A stretch of 37,129 nt of DNA from a virus (lineage: Duplodnaviria > Caudoviricetes): positions 1 through 37,129 of the IMG/VR virus record IMGVR_UViG_3300044847_000035; one strand, given 5' to 3'. Each line of letters opens with the position of its first letter. The stretch's first letter is position 1. The position numbers and the translations under genes were made by a program. A model generated the notes under the pieces. It saw only the letters and a list, made by a program, of their open reading frames with translations. It ran no database searches and had not been told where the DNA came from. Of the stretch, positions 26,351-33,624 are shown piece after piece.

Positions 26351-26580
26351 GATGCGGCCTTCCTTTCCTTCGCGGCTTCGCGCTTGAGCTTCCGGCGCCG
26401 CGCGCGCTGGTAGCCAGCGCCTTTCTCGTGCCACCATTTCGCTGTGGCGCGCCGATGTGCCGCAATCGTGCAGGTGGCCGAGCAGTAGATGAGCGCGCCA
26501 CCGATGTAGCGGATGCGCTGGCGAACCGTCGGCGCGAACAGGTTGCGGCACTGGCCGCAGGGGAGCTTGCGAGGCTTCAC
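26347..26580 (-). CDS. Hypothetical Zn-finger basic protein
   Basis: CGQC..F...YCSATC; GGAG RBS. Confidence 0.6.
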   Translation of the reverse strand: MKPRKLPCGQCRNLFAPTVRQRIRYIGGALIYCSATCTIAAHRRATAKWWHEKGAGYQRARRRKLKREAAKERKAAS

Positions 26581-26771
26581 TTGGGGGACTCCTGGCGTTC
26601 CATCGTCTCGACGAACACTTCAGCGTGGCAGCGGTGATCGGGAGTGTTGAAGTGAGCAACGAGCCGCCGGTCGCCGCACACCGGGCAGACGCGGTAGACA
26701 TTCGACTCACCGAATGCCGTGCCCGGCGTCGTGCTCTCGATGACTAATCGGTTCGGAACGCACGGGCTCAC
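26577..26771 (-). CDS. Hypothetical Zn-ribbon protein
   Basis: CPVCG...H..PDH.C; GTGA coupling. Confidence 0.4.
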   Translation of the reverse strand: MSPCVPNRLVIESTTPGTAFGESNVYRVCPVCGDRRLVAHFNTPDHRCHAEVFVETMERQESPK

Positions 26772-27154
26772 TTGGCAGCCCCCTGCCCGCAGCGGGCGAT
26801 GGCGGCGCGGAGCGAGCGAAGCACCCTCTCGGGTATGGCGTCGAAGGCCGCATCGAGTTCGAGCGCGCACCGGCTGCCCGCAAGTTCGCCGTCAGCCCAT
26901 AAAATGCCGTCTTGCACGGCGTCAAGCAGGCGGCCGATGTAGGGCAGCGCCGCGAGTAGCTCCGCGTTCTGCGCCTGGAGCGTTTCCAGTTCGGCGCGAA
27001 GGGCTTCATGTGAGTCGCAGAGTTCGACCCACCACTTCCCGTTGTCTGGACCGAACAGCGCGTAGGGCATCTCCGGTGTGGCGTCGGCCATGCACTTACG
27101 CATGTCGGCGACTTGCACCGGCCCGAGCGGGGCGGGTGAGCGGTCAGCGGTCAT
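26768..27154 (-). CDS. Hypothetical protein
   Basis: HEALRAELETL..QNAELLAAL motif; coupled ORF. Confidence 0.55.
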   Translation of the reverse strand: MTADRSPAPLGPVQVADMRKCMADATPEMPYALFGPDNGKWWVELCDSHEALRAELETLQAQNAELLAALPYIGRLLDAVQDGILWADGELAGSRCALELDAAFDAIPERVLRSLRAAIARCGQGAAK

Positions 27155-27504
27155 GAACGGAACCTCGCGTAGTCGTACGCATCTGAAGCGTGCCCCATCG
27201 AAGCCTCGCGACTCGCCTCTTTCGCGCAGTCCTCATGCGCGATGCCGAAGCCGATCAGCTCGTACGGCTTCTCGTTCGCCATCACCGCTTCGCTCGGCGT
27301 CAGCGGTTCCATGCAAATCGTGCAGCACAGCCCGCCAAGCTCGCGGCTACGGCCCAGCGCGTTCTTGAGCACGATGGTCGCAACGCGCGCACGGCTCATG
27401 AACTCGCGATGAGCGGCAAGAGCGCGCTCGACGTCGCGGGCCGTGAAGGCTGCGGCGCGCTCCGACTGGAGCTCGGCGTCCGTCATGTCTTTGAGGTTCT
27501 TCAT
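27151..27504 (-). CDS. Hypothetical protein, first gene of the leftward operon
   Basis: GAGGG RBS; MKNLKDMTDAEL; CTIC...HEDC. Confidence 0.6.
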   Translation of the reverse strand: MKNLKDMTDAELQSERAAAFTARDVERALAAHREFMSRARVATIVLKNALGRSRELGGLCCTICMEPLTPSEAVMANEKPYELIGFGIAHEDCAKEASREASMGHASDAYDYARFRS

Positions 27505-27550
27505 CGCACCCTCGTTCGTTGGCGCCGGGCCACCACGACCCGACACAGAC

Positions 27551-27579
27551 AGTATGGGGCCGGAGGCCCGGGCTGTCAA
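27551..27579 (-). promoter_or_regulatory. Leftward sigma70-like promoter
   Basis: TTGACA-17 nt-CATACT on the minus strand. Confidence 0.7.
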
Positions 27580-27628
27580 GTGACAATATCGGCAGTCTTG
27601 GCCGCGGGCTCGAGAACGCATTCCGGCC

Positions 27629-27657
27629 TTGACCCGGCTCGAGCCCGGGCGTAGGGT
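27629..27657 (+). promoter_or_regulatory. Rightward sigma70-like promoter
   Basis: TTGACC-17 nt-TAGGGT. Confidence 0.6.
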
Positions 27658-27815
27658 TCCCGACAGTGCGAAGCAGCCGCGAACGGACTATCACGACGCC
27701 CTGCGGCCCCCGGCCCTCGAAGTGCTTCGCACCCACTAGCCCCCGGCCACCACAGTAACCAGCCGGTGAGGCGCCGGGGGTCGGGCCGCAGGGCGCGGAA
27801 CGCCAGGGAGGCAAC

Positions 27816-27995
27816 GTGCTCGTTCTGACGCGAAAGCTCGGCCAGATCCTCGACATCGGCGACGGAATCACCGTTACCGTGTTAGAGGTTCGTTCTGGAC
27901 AAGTCAAACTTGGGATTCAGGCGCCGCTATCTGTCCCCATTCACCGGAGAGAGATAACCGAGCGGATCGCGCGGGAGGAGGCGAACCATGGGTAG
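27816..27995 (+). CDS. csrA: Carbon storage regulator CsrA/RsmA homologue, 59 aa (not in the ORF track)
   Basis: MLVLTRKLGQILDIGDGITVTVLEVRSGQVKLGIQAPLSVPIHRREITERI; GGGAGG RBS. Confidence 0.92.
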   Translation: MLVLTRKLGQILDIGDGITVTVLEVRSGQVKLGIQAPLSVPIHRREITERIAREEANHG

Positions 27996-28353
27996 GACTC
28001 CGCGGGCCAGCTTCGGCCAGTTCCAGCGCGTCAGACATCGCCACGGCGACGTCACATGGGTGCACCAACGAATGCGCTCGATATGGATGTCGGGAGCTCC
28101 AGACTGGCGGCTGTGCGACCTACTGCTTCTACCCGGCGCGGTGACTGAGGAGATGTGGGTCCGCGAGCGCCTTGCGGTAAAAGTCAGGCGCCGATGGATG
28201 CCCGACGGGTTCCCGGAAATAGTGGATGGAGCGTGGGCCGTAACGGATCAAGCCTTCTTGGATGAGCTAGAAGCGCATCTCATTGACCCTCATGGAGCCG
28301 ACGTCGAATGGGCACGCAAGCGGCCCCGAGGATGGGAATATGCCGCGCATTGA
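27988..28353 (+). CDS. Hypothetical Trp-rich protein
   Basis: GGAGGAGG RBS; overlaps neighbours. Confidence 0.6.
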   Translation: MGRTPRASFGQFQRVRHRHGDVTWVHQRMRSIWMSGAPDWRLCDLLLLPGAVTEEMWVRERLAVKVRRRWMPDGFPEIVDGAWAVTDQAFLDELEAHLIDPHGADVEWARKRPRGWEYAAH

Positions 28354-29137
28354 CCGTGCGCCTAGCTTTCAGTTCTACCCCGGCGATTGGCTCTCCGATC
28401 CTGGGGTATTGGGACTCAACTGGAGCGAGCGCGGTCGGTTCTTCTGGGCGATCTGTTTGAGCCGTCAGACGGACGCTCCTGGGGATGCCGCGGAGGACCA
28501 GTGGCGGCGTTGGATGGGCTACGGGACAATGCAGTGGGCGAAGGCGCGTTACAGTTTCTTGACGTGCTTTTTTGTTGCAGAGAACGGCAACTGGATTCAG
28601 AAGCGCACGGCATCCGATGCCGCTCGTCAGCATGCCCGCTATCTCCAAGCTAGAAAAGGAGCTGAGATGACGAATGAGAAGCGCTGGGGCTCTGGAATCT
28701 CTGTCGCACAGCGACATGACAGCGACGCGATACCGAATCGCCCTGCGAGTCGCAGTACTGTCACCCCTTCCTCTGCCTCTGCCTCTTCCAGAAGCGATAG
28801 CGAAAGGAAGTTGAAGTTCGGTTCTACGCTGCCCGAACAAAAATCGACCACCTCCGCCAGCGCCCCTGAGTCAACCCCGGTCGCTCGCGACCTGACCACC
28901 GAATCAACACCAAACGGCCCCCACCCGGAGAACGCCAGACGAACGAAGCAATCCATCCCCGCCCCAGCGGCCGCCGTTCTCGCCGAGATTTTACCCAGCC
29001 GGATCCCGCCCGAGCCCGAAGGCCCCGAATCGTTCCGCTGCGCCAGCTGCGGCACCAACGCGCTCCGTCGCCGAGACGAGGAACGCGAACTCTGCGCCAA
29101 ATGCTGGTTCCAGGCGCAAGCTGGCGGCGCCTCATGA
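28340..29137 (+). CDS. Phage replication initiator-like protein (DUF1376/YdaU N-terminus), C-terminal Zn ribbon
   Basis: RAPSFQFYPGDWLSD..V...ERG, GAEMTNEKRWG, PSSASASS linker, CASC...CAKC. Confidence 0.75.
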   Translation: MPRIDRAPSFQFYPGDWLSDPGVLGLNWSERGRFFWAICLSRQTDAPGDAAEDQWRRWMGYGTMQWAKARYSFLTCFFVAENGNWIQKRTASDAARQHARYLQARKGAEMTNEKRWGSGISVAQRHDSDAIPNRPASRSTVTPSSASASSRSDSERKLKFGSTLPEQKSTTSASAPESTPVARDLTTESTPNGPHPENARRTKQSIPAPAAAVLAEILPSRIPPEPEGPESFRCASCGTNALRRRDEERELCAKCWFQAQAGGAS

Positions 29138-29192
29138 CCGCTCGCTTTCGGCGTGCTATACCCTCGCCGCTACGGGGAGCGGGGGCATAGAC

Positions 29193-29657
29193 ATGGGCGC
29201 CTACGGGCTGACGGAACGGACCATCGCGCAGTTGCACCGGAGAAGCCCTGAGGCTCTCCGCGAGCAACTCTGGTCCGACGAGTGGCTGCAACTCGGGCTC
29301 GACGGATTCAAGACCCGGCTGGCAAACGCCGAACGCGATGCCGTGCGGTGCTTTTTCGAGGCCATCGAGCTGGTCGGCAGCCGCGACGACGCGATGCTCT
29401 TGGCGTTCCTAGCGGGCAGTGGGGCGCGGGACGCTGAGCATGCCAGGCTGCTGATTGCCCGCGCCAGCAGCGTCGAGGGCGTGAGCGACGTGGACGTTTA
29501 CCGGATGGCGAAAGAACTCGTCCGCGCCCGGATCATGGCGGATCCCGACGAACGCCGGCGAGCGATGCAGGAGATCTTCGGGCTGATGGACGCGAGCGAG
29601 ACGGGTGCAGCCAAGGCGAACGGAGGCAACGGCAATGGCTCTCGAAACGCGGTGTGA
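29193..29657 (+). CDS. Hypothetical helical protein (possible small terminase)
   Basis: Helical 154-aa ORF upstream of terL; no diagnostic motif. Confidence 0.45.
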   Translation: MGAYGLTERTIAQLHRRSPEALREQLWSDEWLQLGLDGFKTRLANAERDAVRCFFEAIELVGSRDDAMLLAFLAGSGARDAEHARLLIARASSVEGVSDVDVYRMAKELVRARIMADPDERRRAMQEIFGLMDASETGAAKANGGNGNGSRNAV

Positions 29658-29898
29658 TTTCTGCGGCAGGCGCTTTACGGCCTTGGCTTGGAACGAACGG
29701 ACCTGCTTCCGCTGTGAGGCCGATGGCGCTCCGAACCAGAGCAAGCTCGAATGGACCGAGTACCAAGCCCGGCTGCATCCCTACCTCCGCCGTATCGGGG
29801 CATTGCCTCCGCTAACCGGAGCAGCGGCCAGCCCTGATGCCACTCGGCTGAGGCCATTCCCACGCGGACCTCGCCCCGGGCTTGGGCTCACGACATGA
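29635..29898 (+). CDS. Hypothetical Zn-finger protein
   Basis: CDFCGRRF...CFRC; GGAGG upstream. Confidence 0.5.
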   Translation: MALETRCDFCGRRFTALAWNERTCFRCEADGAPNQSKLEWTEYQARLHPYLRRIGALPPLTGAAASPDATRLRPFPRGPRPGLGLTT

Positions 29899-29983
29899 CG
29901 CTGCCTAGCTGGGCTGGCGCCACGTCTCCGGCCGAGTCTCAGTGCGGCTTGCCTGCACGCGCGCGTATTACAGGGGGCGGTTC

Positions 29984-30388
29984 ATGAGTCTGCGTCGCGC
30001 CTGGCACGCGCTGTTCTCCGAACCAGCTCCGCCACCGGCTCCCCAGGCCGAGCCGCCGCCAGACTTCGAATGCGACTGCGGCTGCCGCGACTTCACGGCC
30101 GGCGGCCAGACCGTGCGCGTCTGCCGAGACGGAGCTCGGGCTTCAGGCGTCGTACTCTCCTGCCTCGGCTGCGGTGCTCGGTGGTACAACACACGAGCCG
30201 GATTGCGGAAGCCGCACGAGTCTGCGCTACCATCCGCGTGGGCGATGCAGGATATCCAAGCTCGAGCGGCCAAGGCCCAGGCCGACTCGCTCGCAGCGCG
30301 CATGAGCCGCAGGCAGCAGGAGCACGCTCCCGCAGCCCGGGGTCCGCTCGCAGGTTTCCGCGTTCCACCCGTACCCGAAGGAGAGTGA
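29984..30388 (+). CDS. Hypothetical Zn-ribbon protein
   Basis: CDCGC...CLGCG. Confidence 0.55.
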   Translation: MSLRRAWHALFSEPAPPPAPQAEPPPDFECDCGCRDFTAGGQTVRVCRDGARASGVVLSCLGCGARWYNTRAGLRKPHESALPSAWAMQDIQARAAKAQADSLAARMSRRQQEHAPAARGPLAGFRVPPVPEGE

Positions 30389-30393
30389 TCACG

Positions 30394-30696
30394 ATGCCCA
30401 CAGACACCGTTTTCGACTTCGCCAAGGTCGCCACGAAGTTCAAGGCCAAGGCCGCGCATGTCCTCGCCTACCAGCATCATGGCGAGCCGTTCACGATCTC
30501 CACCGAGCACGGCTCCAAGACGGTCGGCGACGGCGAGTACGTGGTCCAGGTCGGCGAGCGCGAGCAGACCGAGACGGTGCCGCCGCGGATCGAGGGCGAC
30601 AAGCGCATCCCCGGCAGCCAGAAGAAGCACAAGGTCCCCGTGCTCGACACGATGAGCGCCGAGGACTTCGAGGGCCTTTACGAAGCGCAGAAGTAG
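30394..30696 (+). CDS. PGDYG-like small phage protein
   Basis: ISTEHGSKTVGDGEYVV...EDFEGLYE; AAGGAG RBS. Confidence 0.55.
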   Translation: MPTDTVFDFAKVATKFKAKAAHVLAYQHHGEPFTISTEHGSKTVGDGEYVVQVGEREQTETVPPRIEGDKRIPGSQKKHKVPVLDTMSAEDFEGLYEAQK

Positions 30697-30749
30697 CCGG
30701 TAACGGGGCCCTATCCGCGCGTGAGAGGTTCGAGAGAGGCAAGGAGCGC

Positions 30750-31004
30750 GTGGGCGGGCCCCTTCAACTGGCCGCGGGGGGGCGCTCGGTGATGACGGCG
30801 ATGTCCAGAGCGTGGTTGAGGCGGTTCGCGCGCGGTCTGTTCCCGCTCGCACGCATCGTGACGCTGGAGAACTACGTGCGAAAGCCGGCGCCGCGGCGCG
30901 TCATCGTGGATGGCGTCGAGGTCGCGCGCGGTCGCGACTGGCACGAGGTCTACGGCGACATGCGGCGGCGCTACGACGCGAGCCTGAAGGAGCAGAGTGC
31001 GTGA
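30750..31004 (+). CDS. Hypothetical protein
   Basis: AAGGAG before GTG; overlaps the terL start. Confidence 0.45.
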   Translation: MGGPLQLAAGGRSVMTAMSRAWLRRFARGLFPLARIVTLENYVRKPAPRRVIVDGVEVARGRDWHEVYGDMRRRYDASLKEQSA

Positions 31005-32691
31005 CCATGCCCAGGACGCTCTCGTTCTCGGCACCGCGCTGGACCGCCTGCGTGCCGATCCGCTCGCGTACTGGACGCCGGCGAGTGATGAGCAGCGCCG
31101 CGTAGTCGAGGAGCTTGGCCGCGGCGAGATCCTGTTCGGCGGCGCCAACAAGGCCGGCAAGACGGACATCGCCAAGGCGTTCGTGGCGCTGGCGCGCGGC
31201 AAGCGAGACCTGGGCGGCATCCTGCTGCCCGCGGTCCCCCAGCCTTCCGCATGGGTCGTGTCGTCGCTCGACTTCACGCAGCAGTTGCTGTCGGTGCAGC
31301 CCAAGTTCATGCGCGCGGTGGGCGACTGGCCGCACAAGCCGCGCCGTGACGGCGAGGTGCTGAGGAACCTCCGCATCAAATACGAAGGCTGCCGCTCCGA
31401 CGATCCCGACGACTGGTCGCTCATCACGTTCGTGTCGGCCAAGAACCTCCAGGCTGGCGTCGGCTTTCGCGGCAACGGCTACTTATGCGACGAGCCGCCG
31501 CCGATGTGGCTCTTGAATGAGCTGCGGAAGATGGGCGACGCCGGCTCGCTCGTGATCGGCGTCATCGCAGCGACGTTCTTGAAGCGCAGCCAGTGGCAGC
31601 CGCTGCGCGCCGATTATCCCGATCCGCGGCGCAACGAGGGGAAGTGGGTCGGGCGGTTCCTGCGGCTGCGCGCCCCGGCGTTCAATCCCGATGACCTGGA
31701 CGACACGAGCGTCGGCAACCGCTTCCTGACGCGCGCGGACAAGGAGGACCTGCTCGCCAAGTATGCGAACCTGCCCGAGTCGGAGCGCATGGCGCGCCTG
31801 CTCGGGCTCGAGATGGACACTTCGGGCTCGAACCCACTGCGCGCCGTGCTCGATGAGATGCAACGTCAGCACGACCAGGCCCGCGACGGCGAGGTGATCG
31901 AGTGGAAGGTCGCTCGCGAGGTGCCGACGCGCGCCGGCAAGCAGCTCGTGACCGAGACGGTCGAGGTCGAGTCATGGGAGGACGGCCCGCGCCCCGGGCA
32001 TCTGTACAGAATCTGGATAGACACGAGCGGTGGGATTGCGGACGGACTGCACGATCCAGGCATGGTGCAGGTGGGCGATATCTCGGACGGCGTGCAGGTA
32101 GCGCGCTACGAAGGGTTTCTCGGGGAGTACGGGCTGGGCGTGCTGGGCGGCGGGCTGTCCAAGAAGTGGCACGACGCCGAGGTGTGGGTGGGGACGACAG
32201 GCGGTTACGGCGACACGTGCCTGTCCGGGTTGCGCGCCGTGGGTTGCCGCAACGTCCACACCCGGCAGGTGAAGGGCGGCGACGGCGTGATCGACCGCAC
32301 CGACATCGGCTTCAAGGAGACGGAGGCCACACGGACGGAAGGATTCGGCGCGCTGCTGGAGGCGTTCAAGGCGGCGCAGATGGGGAGCCCCTATCTCACG
32401 ATCCGTTCGCGTGACGATCTGGCGCAACTCATAGACCTGCAAGTGGATGACAAGGGCCGCATCATCCGCGTACCGGGCGTGCACCACGGGGAATCGGCGG
32501 TGCTGCTCGGGCGCTTCGCGGTGGCCTGCTCACCGGAGAAGCGTCGGCAGTTCATCCCGCCGCAGGCGCAGCGGCGAGCCCCAAGCCCGGGCGACTTGCT
32601 TCGGCGTCAGGCTGGCGAGCGCGTGCCCATCCGGCGCGGGAATGGCACGCGCCTGATGCCGCGTCAACGGCTCAAATGGCGCGCGCGTTGA
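30997..32691 (+). CDS. terL: Terminase large subunit
   Basis: GGANKAGKT (Walker A), YLCDEPPP (Walker B), IWIDTSGG..D (RNase H-like nuclease); precedes the portal. Confidence 0.88.
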   Translation: MRDHAQDALVLGTALDRLRADPLAYWTPASDEQRRVVEELGRGEILFGGANKAGKTDIAKAFVALARGKRDLGGILLPAVPQPSAWVVSSLDFTQQLLSVQPKFMRAVGDWPHKPRRDGEVLRNLRIKYEGCRSDDPDDWSLITFVSAKNLQAGVGFRGNGYLCDEPPPMWLLNELRKMGDAGSLVIGVIAATFLKRSQWQPLRADYPDPRRNEGKWVGRFLRLRAPAFNPDDLDDTSVGNRFLTRADKEDLLAKYANLPESERMARLLGLEMDTSGSNPLRAVLDEMQRQHDQARDGEVIEWKVAREVPTRAGKQLVTETVEVESWEDGPRPGHLYRIWIDTSGGIADGLHDPGMVQVGDISDGVQVARYEGFLGEYGLGVLGGGLSKKWHDAEVWVGTTGGYGDTCLSGLRAVGCRNVHTRQVKGGDGVIDRTDIGFKETEATRTEGFGALLEAFKAAQMGSPYLTIRSRDDLAQLIDLQVDDKGRIIRVPGVHHGESAVLLGRFAVACSPEKRRQFIPPQAQRRAPSPGDLLRRQAGERVPIRRGNGTRLMPRQRLKWRAR

Positions 32692-32756
32692 CGGCTGCGA
32701 GCGCGCGCGTGATAGCGTAGAAGCGTCGGTGGACACGAACCCACGGGGAGAACCAC

Positions 32757-33416
32757 ATGCGGACTCGCATTCGCTGGCCGCTCGCTGCGGCCTCGCTCGG
32801 CCTCATGCTGCTCACGTTCGCCGGCATGGCATCCGCGGCGTGGAACTACGAGAGCGTCAAGTGGCACCACTACTCGACCAATCCCGGTGCCGGCTCCGGC
32901 GTCGGCTCGTTCGTCGCGGACACGACCTGGATTCCGGCACTCGCCGCGCGAACCGACACGACCGGGGCGTGGAACATGCTCGAGGCCGAGCCTTCTCCGA
33001 TGGGGACGATTTCCATCGGTGGCGCAACGGCCGATTCGACCCAGGTCGGTGCGCTCATCATCTCGGCCGATTCCACCGTGGCCTCGACGCTGGCGTGGGG
33101 CGCGACGACGGTTCAGTTCCAAGTCAACTACGGATCGAGCATTTCCGGCTGGACTTCGGTCGGCGGCACCATCTCGCCGTTGCCGACGACGACACAGAAG
33201 GCGGCCATCTTCCCGATGTGGCAGCTCCCGGTCGCGACGGCCCATCTCGGCAGCACGAACTTCAACGCGACCTACAACATCTTCGCGCCGGCCGTGCGCG
33301 GGATCGTCACTTGGGGCTCGGGAGCAGCGGTGCCGAGCGCGCGCGTCTACGTTCGCAAGTGGCTGGGAACGGGAGTGATTCAGACCCCGCGGGAAGCGCA
33401 GCAGGTCAACCCGTAG
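32757..33416 (+). CDS. Signal-peptide-bearing beta-rich protein between terminase and portal
   Basis: MRTRIRWPLAAASLGLMLLTFAGMASA|A; all four Asp residues are D-[S/T]-T; GGGGAG RBS. Confidence 0.75.
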   Translation: MRTRIRWPLAAASLGLMLLTFAGMASAAWNYESVKWHHYSTNPGAGSGVGSFVADTTWIPALAARTDTTGAWNMLEAEPSPMGTISIGGATADSTQVGALIISADSTVASTLAWGATTVQFQVNYGSSISGWTSVGGTISPLPTTTQKAAIFPMWQLPVATAHLGSTNFNATYNIFAPAVRGIVTWGSGAAVPSARVYVRKWLGTGVIQTPREAQQVNP

Positions 33417-33507
33417 CAGTGGCCGGAGCGCCAGCGGGGCGAACGGGCCAATCGCGCAGCGGCCCGCGGTCCCTGTGGACCCCGCTGGCAACCTTCGTGG
33501 AGGTGGC

Positions 33508-33624
33508 ATGCAGGACACGCTGCTCGGCTTCGCTGCAATTCTCGCGGGCGGCATGCTCTTGCTCGGATTGATTCTGGCGTTACTGTTCAAGTCCTCGGAC
33601 GACCATGGCGCAGACGACGACTAG
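33508..33624 (+). CDS. 38-aa single-TM peptide (not in the ORF track)
   Basis: MQDTLLGFAAILAGGMLLLGLILALLFKSSDDHGADDD; GGAGG RBS. Confidence 0.5.
   Translation: MQDTLLGFAAILAGGMLLLGLILALLFKSSDDHGADDD

Noticed and set aside
33400-33490. HDV-like/theta or hammerhead ribozyme (GGCGAAC resembles HDV J4/2)
   Set aside because: I could not build the nested double pseudoknot or find the CUGANGA/GAAA core
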